Shown in pieces: positions 29,251-41,265 of a stretch of 64,000 bases of DNA. Source of the DNA: Gordius albopunctatus (Eukaryota); assembly GCA_964276515.1 (NCBI GenBank), contig OZ193909.1:10354001-10418000 (forward strand). Reading direction: 5' to 3'. Both the position numbers and the translations under genes were made by a program. How positions within the stretch are numbered: position 1 is the stretch's first letter; each line of letters starts with the position of its first letter. The notes below the pieces were generated by a model. That model saw only the letters and a program-made list of their open reading frames with translations, made no database searches and was not told the origin of the DNA.

Positions 29251-31862
29251 AAACTATCCGTAGCATTTTATTTACGTTGACTTGCAGTTTCCTTAGAGTA
29301 GGTGCTCTTAAAGACCAGGATTCACAACCATATAACAGAACTGATAGGATCATTACTTTGAAGATCCTGAGTCGTGTAGGGAGGGTCAAGTGGCGGGATC
29401 TCCATATGGTGGAACAAGAGTGAAATTTAAGAAGGGTGCGTTGTAATTTTGACTCCACATCCACTCCGGCATAGATGTCGGTTGTGAGGTCTACTCCTAG
29501 GTATCGAACTTTGTGGGACACATTAATGGGGTTGTTATTCATCAGTAACTTGTCCTCCGAGGGAACGTTTAGTGTTATCATTGCACATTTGTCGGCATTT
29601 ATATATAGTCCAGCTTGTTTTGCCTGATCGGAGAATCTGTCTACCATAGATTGGGCCTTCTTTGTAGAGGTCGCCACCAGGCATAGGTCGTCGGCAAAGA
29701 TGAGTGAGGATAGCATAGTTCCGTTTAACGTAATGCCATCTGAGGCAAATATTGACCTTTTCATTATCAGAACCATCACTATAATAAAGAGAAGGGGAGA
29801 CAGTGGGCAGCCTTGTCTGACTCCTGTCGTCACGAGAATTGGGTCTGATAGATGATGAAGGTGAGAGACAACTACCTTCATGACTGCGTATATAAGAAAA
29901 ATGATTCTGATTATCTTCTTTGGTATTCCCAATAGGCATAGGGACTCCCATATATATAGGTGCTGTACAGAGTCAAAAGCTTTGGCTAAGTCTAAGAATA
30001 CAAGGACAAGAAGGGTTTTGCTAGTACTGGAAATATCCATTATATTTCTTAGTGTGATAACATGTTCTGTGGTTGTGCGGCACGTCCTGAACCCCGCTTG
30101 ATTGTGTCTAAGTATATCATCTATCTGATTGTAGAGCCTATTGTATAATACTTTGATAAAGAGCTTTGATTCAAGGTTTATAATAGTCACTCCTCGATAG
30201 TTGTTTGGATCAGAGGGGTCTCCTTTCTTGAATAGTTTATTAAGGCGGCTTAACGACCAGGATTTTGGTAATTCTTCTTTTTCCCAGACTTTGTAAAAAA
30301 GGTGGTATAGAAGTTTTCCGGATAGTTCAGAGTCCGCTTTAAGTGCTTCAGCAGTCATCCCTAACGGATCTGCTGCCTTATGTGATTTAAGAGTTTTGAT
30401 CATGCTAACAATCTCGGAGATGGATGGTGAGAGTGTATCAATCGGAAGCGGCGGGGGTCCTTTAAAGTTCTTAATAAATTCTTTATAGATATCAAGTACA
30501 GGGATGGGCGAATGGGGGGATAGGATAGAACGGAAGTGGGCTTCCCAAGATTTTGTCTGGTTTATAGAATCGTTAGAGCTTTTGTCTGATTTTATGTTAT
30601 AGTGGGTGCGCTTAGCCAACTTATTGTATTTTAGGCTGTCAATAATTGTAAACAGGTGGTGGCTATTGTTCGAACGTGCAGCTGATTCTGCCTCATTTGC
30701 TTTAGAATTGATGAATGTTATTTTGTCCTGTCGTATACTGGATTTGATGCGGTTGCTAAGAGCAGACAAGCATGAGTGTTTGAACGGAAGATCCTCTTTG
30801 CAATGAAATATATTTGTCCTTGTTTTCAACAGATCTAGTGTTTTTTGGGTAAACCATGTTTTCATCTTGATGCGGGTCTTTTTCTTGGGTGGGTTCGCAA
30901 ATATCTTTGATAACTCAATGCTGTGTTTGTTGACTGAGAGGTTTGTGAGAACAGTGTCTTTAACTTTAAGGAGAAGATTATCTTTAAACTCCATGTTTCC
31001 TGTTATGCCTTGAGGTCTTATTATTGGGTTTCTATTTGTACATGGTACATGTAGAGTTGCTGATTTTATTATCAGATCTGCGGTAATCACATGATGATCT
31101 GCATTCACTGTAGCGGGATCATGAATTACTTGGAAGTTTTTGACAGTCTTTAAATGGCGTGTCCTACAGAGTATGTGGTCAATTTGACTTGGTCGAGAGG
31201 TATTTGTACCATGGAAGGTAGCTAGCTGGTCACTGGGAAGTTGAGAAAAGGTGGAAGCGATTCGCCATCTAAACTCTTTACACCATTTTTTAAAGAAAAT
31301 TCCATTCCTATTATTGGACCCCAACGTGTTTTGGCCGATTATGTTGGTGTCATCCCGGTCCGTAAAGGTAACAGAGGCATTGAGGTCTCCTATTATTATT
31401 GACACTGCCCTAGAAGTCAGATCTTTTGTTGCCTTTACAATACCTCCGAAAAATTCTTTAAGGATGTGTAGTTTGTATGATGCAGTTGGTGCACAAACAT
31501 TAATAATTAACACTGTGCGGGCACCCACTTTTAGGTTTAGTATTATAATTCTATCGTTGACAAAATTAACGCTCAAAACAGAGAGACGCCTGTTTACCAG
31601 TGTGGAAACTCCTGAAGCTGGGTTGTCGATAACCCGGGAGTGGTAAAGTTTGTAGTCGGGGTATGTATCCGTTCTTGAGGAAGGAATACGTGTTTGCTGT
31701 AGACATAGTATGTCTAATTTATGTTTACGGGCCAACATGAGCATTAGTTGCTGGTTTCCTTGTATCATTAGTGAGTTGATGTTTAATGATCCGTATATAT
31801 AACGACTCGTTTCTAGTTTGAGGGTATAAATTTTTTGCAAGCAGTGGTGACAGTGTGGTGTT

Positions 31863-32435
31863 GTCCTTGTTAGAATCCCGTTAAGAATTATCGCTTTTAA
31901 GCGTGTGTCTGTTTTTTGTGAAACACGCTCTATGCGATCGTGATTTAAAGTTAATGATTTTTGATGACTTTTTTATTCATAACATTCACTTCTGAAATCT
32001 AAAATTTTCATTATGGCTTAAGGTTGAACAAAAAAAGTGAATAATTTTAAAATCAAAAAAAATATTTTTTCAAATTCTTGTAAAAGTAGGTTAAAAAATA
32101 TTTAAAAGTTATTAAATATTCGAGATATTATATCATTGTTAGAATCCCGATAAGAATTTTTAAGCAGCGAAAACTTTCAATTTAACAAAGAGAAAGTTTT
32201 ATTGTTGTGAGCTGTTTGTTTCGTATCGCTATTTAAGCCAATGTGCTAAATTTTTAAAACAGCCTGTAAACGATCGTTATTTTTGAGTAATAATTTTTTG
32301 ACCCTTACAAATTTAAACGTTATGTCATAATCAAAAATATTCATCGGGGCAATATTGAAAAAAAGATAATTATAAAAATCTTCATGTTCTGTTTTAGGGT
32401 AAGGAGTTAGAAAAAATATCTGCCATTTAATTGAG
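31863..32435. repeat. Highly diverged relic monomers of the 344-bp satellite
   Basis: Collinear matches, e.g. GAAACACGCTCTATGCGATCGTGATTTAAAGTTAAT vs satellite GAAACATGCTATATGCGATGATTATTTCAAAGTAAT, and TTTTAAGCAGCGAAAACT vs TTTTAAGCTGCGAGAACT. Confidence 0.75.
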
Positions 32436-32620
32436 AAGTGTTGTAAAAACGACTGGGTTTTGTTTGGTCGACCTTTGGTTTTAGATTAAAGATTTGACCA
32501 AAAAACCTTTGGTCTGTTTATGATACTAAAAAATTAGACAAAAGACTTTTGGTTCGGTTATGCTTAGTCGATTTAAACCAAAAATTGAACAAACAAAACC
32601 CAGCCGTTTTTACAAAACTA
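32436..32620. mobile_element. Short MITE-like element with ~45-bp imperfect terminal inverted repeats
   Basis: GTGTTGTAAAAACGACTGGGTTTTGTTTG ... CAAACAAAACCCAGCCGTTTTTACAAAAC. No clear TSD. Confidence 0.7.
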
Positions 32621-33441
32621 CGATAACGTTTTTAAAGTGTATGTAGTTTTTTTGATACTGGCTTATATTTTTTTCCTATAGCTGTATCACATTTAGTGGT
32701 CAGCTGCTTGAGGTAGGTTCTCCGTGTATTCTTGCACTTAAACCAGCTTGGCTTTAGCTCGTACCTTAGAAGTCCATATCTATTTAATGTTTTCATGTCA
32801 GTTTAGGCCTCACTCTCTTTCGCTTAACTTCGACTTGAACTTCCTTGACACGATTTGCCAAGTGACTTTGCTCCCGTCTATCCAAATGGCTATACCATCT
32901 CAATCTTCTTACCACCAACTTTCTCTGAATCGTAACTACATTTAGTTTATCCCTTATGTCTTGATTCCTTATATGGTCCTTTATGCTTATTCCCAAGATC
33001 CATCTTAACATCCGCATCTCCATTGTAGCCAAGCTTTGCTCCTCTTTTGCCTTAATTGCCCATGTTACCGCTCTATACAATACCGTGGGTACTATAACGG
33101 TGTTATATAACCGTCCTTTTAATTTGAGTGGTATGTGTTTGTCACATAGGACACCACTTAACTCCCTGAATATTAGCCAGCCTTCGTTTATTCTTGCCTT
33201 AATTTCGTTTTCCACATCTCCATCACATTTTACCCTAGAACCAAGATATTTGAATTCCTTCCTACTGCTTAAACACCAGTCATCGATTTGCAGGTGTGTT
33301 TCTTTCTATCCATTCCCCACACTCCAAGCATACATATTCAGTTTTATCTCGGTTGACCCTAAGGCCTTTGCTTTCAATTCGCTCCATCCACACTTTTACC
33401 TGTTCTGCTAATTCCACCTTTGAGCCTGCGCGCAGGACGAC

Positions 33442-34813
33442 CAGAGGTCAGATTTGTTGGGAATTTTCTGCCCGAACCCGGCCCGACTAATTTTTTACCT
33501 TAATTGCCCGCCCGGGCCCGCCCAAACCCATCTAAGTGTCCGCCGGGGCCCGCCCAAATTTTTAAAGCTGCCCTAATTGCCCCGCCCGAAATATTAAATT
33601 TGCCCGTTAGTCCCAAATTTATGAGGTCCCAAAAATAGGTCGGAGTAGTTTAAATTTTTCTGCCCGAACCCGGCCCGCTCCAATTTTAACTAAATTGCCC
33701 GCCTGAACCCTTCTAAGTGTCGGCTCAGCTATGCCCAAACCATTAGAGCTGCCCGGCCTGATTAATAAAATTTTCCCGGTAGACCCGAAATTATCCAATC
33801 CCAAAATCTTTAGTCACTATTACAAAATAAGCAATGGCATATTGATCCAAACAAAGATGAGAATATTTTATTATTCATATCGTCAACAATTTCCGGGGAT
33901 AATCTTGTGCGTTTTTCCTCTATTAATCTTCCTGCGATAGAAAAACTTCTTTCACTAGCAGCACTCGTCGCCGGGATGGCAAAGAGTATTTTTTTTTAAC
34001 CTTGCTAATTTAGGATACCGAAAATAGTTATAATTTTTAATAACTTTAATGTGACTTGTTTGCTTTATTTTTCCAACATGTTTTTTAGTTGTTAAGAAAT
34101 TAAATGAATTACAATTATGCGCATTGTTAGAAAATGGCATGAGCCTTTGTTTTAAGTCTAGACGGCACACATGTGTAGTGTATTGCGAACAATGAAATGG
34201 CTTTGGCTACATAAATGTAAATAATCCAATCCTTTCCATAATGGAGTAGGGCAAAGATTTAACTGAACGCGATAAAAATGTAATAAAATAATTTACTAAC
34301 AGAGAGTAAAATGGTTTCTTCCATAGTATTAAATTAGAGTAGCAGTTTACAAGGGCGTAGCCAGCATTAAAATTAGAGGGGGCAATAATGATTTAGGGAG
34401 GGGCAAAATGATCATATTTTGAAAATTTAGGCATAATTTTAATACATTTTAACAAATTTTTGAGTTTAGAGGGGGGCAGCTGCCCCTTCCTGCCCCCGAC
34501 CCCCTTGTCTACCTATAATATAATCTGAAAATTAAAAAATTTTGATCTTGAGACAAACCAGTTAAACTAATTTATTCGAAATAAAATTTAATTTTGAAGA
34601 AATTGAAATTAGGACATTATATAAACTGACAATGAAGATTTAAGCGATGAAAAAAATCTAGTCAAATTTATTATGGCCCAAAATTGTTTATAAACGAATT
34701 TTTCTTTTTTCAAGGAAAATTAATTTGATAAAATTTTGGGCATGCCCGAATTGCCCGAATCTTATCAGCGTGCCCGCCCGAAAATTAAAATTTAAGGCAG
34801 TTGCCCGGCCCGG
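33442..34813. mobile_element. Non-autonomous hAT-like element with GCCCG subterminal repeats, right TIR lost; contains a partial short MITE (~34350-34514)
   Basis: Starts CAGAGGTCAGATTTG, as does the complete element at 57559-58700, and shares its right subterminal sequence. Residual TSD GGACGA on both sides. Interrupts the RT at FANDFV|L. Confidence 0.75.
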
Positions 34814-35350
34814 TGGACGAAATCATTCGCAAAGAGCATTGCCCAAGGTGATTCGCGTTTCAGGTCCTTCGTTATCGAATCCATCATTGTTATGAAGAGC
34901 AATGGACTTAGGCCGATCCTTGATGCACACCGACATTTAGACTGAATCCCTTTGATGTACCATTGGATGTCCGAACTTTGGTCTTTGCGTTTCTATACAT
35001 AGCCTTTATTAACATTATATAAGCGTCGGAGTCGGATACACCATTGGAACTCAGACTATCCCATATCTAATGCCTTGGCACTTTATCGAGAGCTTTCTCA
35101 AGATCGATGAAACACATATGAAGATCCTTTTGTTTTTCCTCATATAATTCTATAAGTCTCCTAAAATCATGTATTGCATCTGAAGTCGACTTTCCAGACA
35201 TGAACCCAAATTGTCGTTCATCTATTGAGATTATTTTTCGGAGTCTAGCTTCTATAATCTTTTCCCACACCTTCATTACGTGACTCGTTAACCTTATCCC
35301 TCTATAGTTGTTGTATTCTTGTATATCTCCTTCAATTTATAGATAGGTAT

Positions 35351-36913
35351 TAGAGGTCTGCAGGGGCCGGCCCGCGACCCAAGCCCGGCCCGCGGGCTGG
35401 GACGGACCTGAAAATGAGCACTAAAAAAAGTGCGGGCCGGGCTTGGGCTTTGATAAGTGAAAAAATTTAAATATATTAAACTCTATACTATCATTATAGT
35501 ATTGACACAACAAAATTCATTTATTATCTTGATGATAAAAAATTTATTTTTTCTAACAAAAATTTACTATTTAAACAGTATTATTTTGAGGGAAAATTTA
35601 TTATTATATTTTTCGCTAATTAAGTAAATTAATTTAATTCATTGTTTATTATTTCCCTCGCTTTTCAAATTCTTAGATTGCTTAATATTTGTTCCAAGAT
35701 CTCATTGACGTTGTTTTAAGCTTTAAGGTAATTCATTAAAAAATTTTATTTTATAATTAATTAGTTTTAGCTACACTTCTCCTACTTATTACAAACTTAT
35801 AATATCAACATTGTTAATTAGCTTGCAATAGTTTTAATAAAGTAAATTATTATTACATATTATATAACAATTACTTAGCTCTAGCTTTGAATATATTTGA
35901 TTAAATGGAATCTCCAAAAGTAAATAATTCCGATGGAATAGAAAAGGTAATTCCTAAAATTTATTTTTAAAAAAGTTTAAAAAAATCTTATATTTAAAAT
36001 TTCTTAGATTGCTTAAAATTCGTTCAAGTATTTCATTGAAGCCAACATTGTATAAAGTTTTACCCTATTATACATCTTTAAAAGCCATACCAAATACGCC
36101 TCCATCTCCTACTAATAGTGATCCTGTTGAATTAAAAATTTATAAATTAAAAAACAGGGCTAAAACTATGCTGACCTCAAAGTTCGAAATTGATGTATAT
36201 CATAAGATATCAACATTTCTGGCTCCAAAATTCCGCACCCTCAAAATGTTACCTGAGGATGAAAAAATTCTTGTTAAAACCATGGTAACACAAACTTTAA
36301 ATAAATTAATGCAAGAAGATCCTAGCTCTTCTTGCATCAGTCGTCGATCTATGAGCAATTCAGCTAAGGTATGTAGGCAATTAGCTATTGGTGAAGTCGA
36401 TATGTATATCTCCGTTTGGGGGGACGATGAAAGAGAGCAGATTGAGGAGAGCAATGAAGTTGATACTTATGTTAAATTAAATCTTAAACCGGAAGATGAT
36501 GAGCTTGATGTTATTTCATGGTGGAAAGAACACGAACTTTTCCTACCTAATTTGACAAGTTAGCTGTACAGTTTTTGGCAATTCCAGCCACAAGCGCTAC
36601 AAGTGAACGCACGTTTAGGAAGGCAAGTCGCCTACTGATAGAATAGACAGTTTATTATTTTTAAATCACAATATTGAATTATAATTTTTTTATTAATATC
36701 GTTTTTATATGCTATAAAATTTTTTTTCATACATCAAAAATTTTTTCTATACAAATAATTTTTTTTGAAAACACTGAAGCTTTTTTCTCGTGCGGGCCTG
36801 ATGCGGCGCATTTTTTGTTGTTTTTTTTCGGGGCGGGTATGGGTAAAAAAAAATATATTTGTGCGGGTATGGGCCGGGCCTGACCTTGAAATTTCGGCCC
36901 ATGCAGACCTCTA
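35351..36913 (+). mobile_element. hAT (Ac/ZBED-like) element with frameshifted transposase C-terminus
   Basis: TIRs TAGAGGTCTGCA / TGCAGACCTCTA. 8-bp TSD ATAGGTAT/ATAGTTAT (1 mismatch). DVISWWKEHE..PNL is followed by frameshifted LAVQFLAIPATSATSERTF. Confidence 0.9.
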
Positions 36914-37214
36914 ATAGTTATAACATAGCTTTCCTTCTACTCATCAGGCATCATACCACTTGCAAGTATTTTATTAACAGCTTTGCAAGTAGATGTACAA
37001 GCTTCCATAGGTATATTATCAGGTCCCATCTCTCTACCCATGGTCATCTTTTTAGGCACCTGATCAACCCCTTCTTCTGTTACTTCTAACTCTGGGTCAT
37101 ATTCATAGGTTTTATTTTCGCAGTGGTCCGAAAACCCATTTTCACTGTTTAATAATTCTTTATATTATTATTCCCAACGATCTATGATTTGTTTGTCCAG
37201 AGTTAGAGTGATGC

Positions 37215-39343
37215 CAGTGGCGTAGCTAGGGGGGGCCCAGGGGGCCCCCAAGAGCAAAAACCGGGCCCCATGAGCCCCCCCCCCCAAGGGAAAAATCTTG
37301 GGCCCCTTCCGCCATTATTTAGTTTTATCTTAATTAAGAAACAATATAAATATTATTATTATTGTTTCTGGATAAAAGTTTTAATTATAATATTACAAAT
37401 AAAAATAAAGATGCTGTATAAGACAATAAAGGGTGAAAATTGTATCAAATTGTTGAATTGACATAATTTCAAAATTAATATTAATTTAAAACCCGAGTTT
37501 TTTATGATTAATTTCCACTTTACTTTTATTAATTAATATCAATAGCAATAGTAAGAAGCAATTAAAGCTTAACATGTTTTTAAAGCCCTTAGCTCCAAGC
37601 AATAGGTTAAATCAAATATGTATTTAAAAAATTTTATTATTAGGTTTATATAAATATAATATTAGGTGAAGAAAAAAATGCAGTCCTGAAAAGTATTTAC
37701 TTAGTGTTAGTGCTTTTATTCATTTATTCAAATACAAATTTATAGAAAATGAAAAGGAGAATTACATTGACATTGGCATTAATAGTAATAGCTCTTCATC
37801 CTCAACCTCGAGTAATTAATTATATTAAATAATTTCAAAGCCATAAATTAGGTTACACTGAAGGTCTTACTAATTTAATTGAAAATGGCATTCTAGAAAA
37901 TTCCAATCATAAAAATAAAAGATTGATTTAAAAATTGATTTATATTATCCTTTCATCGATAGAATAATAGAAGAATTAAACATAAGATTTTTGGAAATTA
38001 ATTGTAATTTATATAAGTCCTTAGAAGGTTTAAACCCTTCATCCCCTTTTTTTGCGATAAATCTCTTTTATCAGAAATTATTAACCATTATGAATTAAAA
38101 CTGGAAGACGGCGAAATAAAAATGGCAAAAATTTTTGTAACACATTATAACTCTTTATCTTAAAATGAAATGATATTTTTTCACTTATTAAAATCTTGTC
38201 GTGTTTCCAAATTTTACTATTTTGATTAAAATAATTTTAACTATCCCAATAACTTCATGTTCATGCGAAAGATAGTTCTCATTGCTAAAACGGATTAAAA
38301 CTTATCTTCGTTCCACAATTGGACAAGGTAGGTTATCTTCCTTAGCTTTATTGAGCTTAGAACATGACTTTGTAAATGTTATTCCCCTGGTTGATATTAT
38401 AAATTCGTTTGCAACATCGAGTAAAAGGTGTAATGAACTACTATTAAAAGACTAATTTTAATATTTAATGAAAAATTATCTGGGCATTTAAACTTGTTTT
38501 AAACTTTTTAACATTCAAAATATATTAAAATATTATTAAATTTACGAAAATTACATCCTGGTTTCAATTTAATTGTCCATCTCATATGCTAATTGTTTAA
38601 CATATCTTGCATATTTTTATGTACCACATGCACATATAAAGCCAATAATTTTCTTAAAAATTGTTTGTACACCATTTTTCCCCCCTTCATTAGTGATATC
38701 CCATCATAAGTTTTTCATAATTAATTTTTTTAAATTTTATGTTATAATTACGCCTTTTGAGCATCACCTTAAAAAAGGCTTTTATAAATGCTGCCTGAAA
38801 ATGCTACCAATGTTGCATATGTAAAATTAAAATTTGTTATATATATGGCCAAGATTTTTTAGGTTGTGGCAATAATTTTTATAAAAACTTTGTTATATAG
38901 TTTTTTTTAACTATTTGCACTATTTTTTCAAATGCCAACGATTTCTTGTCAATATCCCTGTTCCACTTTTACCCTTACAATTCATTTATACAAAACTTAT
39001 TATACCATGTGAAATTTTCTATCTTGTTTCAACTACATCACTTTGTTTTATTTATGAATAAATTTTATTTATTTTATGCTCTATAAACATGTGGGAACAT
39101 ATTAGTATGGTGTTAATGAAAAAATACACAAAGTAGTAGCGGAATTTTAAGTTTGTCCAACGTTTAGGAGGGGAATTTTTTTTAATTGCATTTGACCCAT
39201 GGTCGTATTTAGGTTTTGGATTGGGGGGGGGGGCAAAACATAAATATTTTTTATTTAGGTGGGTGTAGGGAATTTTTTTGTCTCCCCCCTATTTGACGAG
39301 CTCAGCCCCCCCCCCCAAGGCAAAAAGGCTAGCTACGCCACCG
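37215..39343 (+). mobile_element. hAT element with decayed transposase remnant
   Basis: TIRs CAGTGGCGTAGCTAG / CTAGCTACGCCACCG. Perfect TSD AGTGATGC at 37207-37214 and 39344-39351. Remnant ILTIPITSCSCER*FSLLKRIKTYLRSTIGQGRLSSLALL at ~38230-38360. Confidence 0.92.
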
Positions 39344-40281
39344 AGTGATGCCTTCCTTGCTCTTTATAGTTTTCACATTTACCACATCCTTTGAGCTCCT
39401 TGCTCTGGTCTTTGCGATTTTGTAGAACATTCTTTTTAATCTTCTTTACTGGTAAACTTGGCATTCAAAATCTCGTAGACCTCTGTTTTAGCCTTGGCTT
39501 CACAACGTTTTTCCTCATTTTTAGTGACATATGCCAATCATGTTTCTTCATTTCTGCTGCATGACCATAATTTATAGAGCTTTCTTTTCAACTTCCCACT
39601 TTTGTACGTTATTAAGTGATTTACATTCTTTTTGAAGAAGGTATTTGTGATGGCCAAATCAAATGCCACGGCTATTTTCAATGTTTCGTCGCCTTCATCG
39701 TTACTCAATCCGTATCCATTTCCACCATAGTACCGTTCAAATCATTTTCTTGTTTTGTCTACGTGACCATTCATATACGCTCCATTCATAACTATCTCGG
39801 CTCTGGGTATCATGCGCAGCGTATCGTCTGATTCTTCCCGAAAGTCCTCCTTTTCTTCATCTGTGCAACCTGTTTGCGGAGCATATCCGAAACAACACAC
39901 CACTTTTTCTTCGTACCTCAATGACTTTATCTTGCAGATGTTAGGCTAGTGTGATTGCCACGCCATTTTTATTCGTTTCCAAGCCATTGAAGTAAAGGTG
40001 TCAGGAACTTCTCGGCATTTTACACTCATCGTTCCAACATTTAGCGAACCCACTCTCAATCTCGTCCTTAGCAAACTAGAACTACATCCGTTTGCGGAAG
40101 ATGTAGTGACCCTCGTTGACTTTGCACGTGATACGGAGCCTACCATGCGCGTCGTTTAAGGAGGACGCCCTACCGCTTTCATTACTACGAACTTTCATAC
40201 ACTTGGATCACGGTTGACGCTCGGCTATCAACGCCTGACAGTCGTGTTGACGATGTCAGATATTTTTAATCTTTGAAAAAA

Positions 40282-40356
40282 GTTCCGAAGGTGGTATCGA
40301 ACCGGCAACCTCTTGCTTCAAAGCCTAAACATATACACACTACAGCACCACGCCCC
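40282..40356 (-). other. tRNA-derived (SINE-head-like) sequence with Pol III A/B boxes at the 5' end of the RTE element
   Basis: Minus strand reads GGGGCGTGGTGCTGTAGTGTGTATATGTTTAGGCTTTGAAGCAAGAGGTTGCCGGTTCGATACCACCTTCGGAAC then T6. B box GGTTCGATACC. Cloverleaf pairing is poor. Confidence 0.65.
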
Positions 40357-40372
40357 TTTGATACTGGCTTAT

Positions 40373-41085
40373 GTAATCGTGATTAAAAAGTAATAATTTC
40401 TTAACTCTGACAAATTATAACTTTTGTATGGAATTCACCTCTGAAACGGAAAACGTTCAATAGGCGATTATGGTTGACAGAAAAAAAATTGAAAAATTTT
40501 GAGGTCGAATAAATAATATTTTTTGATATTTTAAGTGACGCAGTTAGAAAAATAATCGAAAATTCAGTCCTCGTTGGACTCCCTATACAAATTTTTAAGC
40601 AGGGAGAACTCCCAATTTGAGAGAAGAAAAATATTGTTGCGATCGTTTTGTTTCTATAAAGTAAGCGAGTTTGGTCTTTTATTGAAATATGCTTTAAATG
40701 ATCGTGATTGGAAGGCAAGAATTTTTTGACTCGGTCATGGAATTCAATTCTAAAATCGAAAACTTTCAAAGAGGGAATATGGTTGAAAGAAAAAAAATAG
40801 AAAAATTTTGAGGACAAAAAATGTTTTTTTGTTATTTTATGTGAAGGAGTTTGAAAAATAATATAAAAGTAAATAAATTTGATAAGCATATCACTCGTTG
40901 AACTCCCGATAAAATTTTAAAAGCAGCTAGAACTCTGAAATTGTGTTAAAAGGAATTTTTATTGTTTAATTTGTTTAAATATTGTTTTTTAAGGAAGTGT
41001 AATGTTTTTTGAAAGGTTGTAAAAGATCGTGATTGAAAAGTAATTATTTTTGAACTCTGACAAATTTTAACTTTTTGTAATGGCT
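40373..41085. repeat. Highly diverged relic monomers (~2) of the 344-bp satellite
   Basis: e.g. TTTTTTGTTATTTTATGTGAAGGAGTTTGAAAAATAATATAAAAGTAAATAAATTTGA vs satellite TTTTTTGTTATTTTATGTAAAAGAGCTTGAAAAAATATATAAAAGTAAGCTAATTTGA. Also ATATTGTTGCGATCGTTTTGTTTC. Confidence 0.8.
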
Positions 41086-41265
41086 AATTTTCTCGAAAAC
41101 GACATAATAATAAAGTTAAGTTTTAATGCGCTTCATTAGAAATAATAATTAAGAGCCATTCAGATCGATTTATTGTAATCACAATTCAAATATTATCTGT
41201 ACAATTAAATAAACACAAACTTCACAATATCGAAAATTTTATGTAAATGAGCATGTCTCTATAAA

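Larger units (their letters stand above)
27565..31840 (-). pseudogene. LINE endonuclease-reverse transcriptase ORF (984 aa once the hAT insertion and one TSD copy are removed)
   Basis: EN motifs GSLNINSL, LCLQQTR, GDLNA, IDHIL, ADHH. RT motifs NYRGVT, QAGFR, FLDLAKAFDSV, GVRQGCPLSPLLF, FADD, YLG. C-terminus RIVCRIFYPNIISNEDLW continues in frame below 27930. No ATG at the start. Confidence 0.9.
27364..31862 (-). mobile_element. RTE-clade non-LTR retrotransposon (LINE), near full length, interrupted by a hAT insertion
   Basis: Single ORF with APE endonuclease and RT. 3' tail is (TACA)n at ~27364-27379. The two flanks rejoin into one relic satellite monomer. Confidence 0.9.
32667..40356 (-). 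mobile_element. Second RTE-clade LINE, degenerate and split by three DNA-transposon insertions
   Basis: 16-bp TSD TTTGATACTGGCTTAT at 32651-32666 and 40357-40372. Ordered fragments: RLRVGSLNVGTM (40146), YAPQTGC, NNYRGIRLTSHVMKVWEK, QFGFMSGKST..FIDLEKA (35067-35276), PWAMLFANDF, LKGRLYNTVIVP..RLRWY (32793-33215). Confidence 0.9.

Noticed and set aside
29210..31840. RT as retron, group II intron, DGR or telomerase-like system linked to the array
   Set aside because: The N-terminal APE endonuclease, RTE-type C-terminus and microsatellite tail identify an ordinary non-LTR retrotransposon.
29535..33411. Antisense and alternate-frame ORFs overlapping the LINEs (e.g. 29535-29951, 31251-31646, 32983-33411)
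   Set aside because: Shadow ORFs of retrotransposon coding sequence with no independent motifs.
40282..40356. Functional tRNA-Gln gene
   Set aside because: Acceptor, anticodon and T stems pair poorly, and it lies inside a retroelement TSD. Kept only as a tRNA-derived head.
40401..40889. 162-aa minus-strand ORF
   Set aside because: Low-complexity F/I/K-rich translation of relic satellite monomers.
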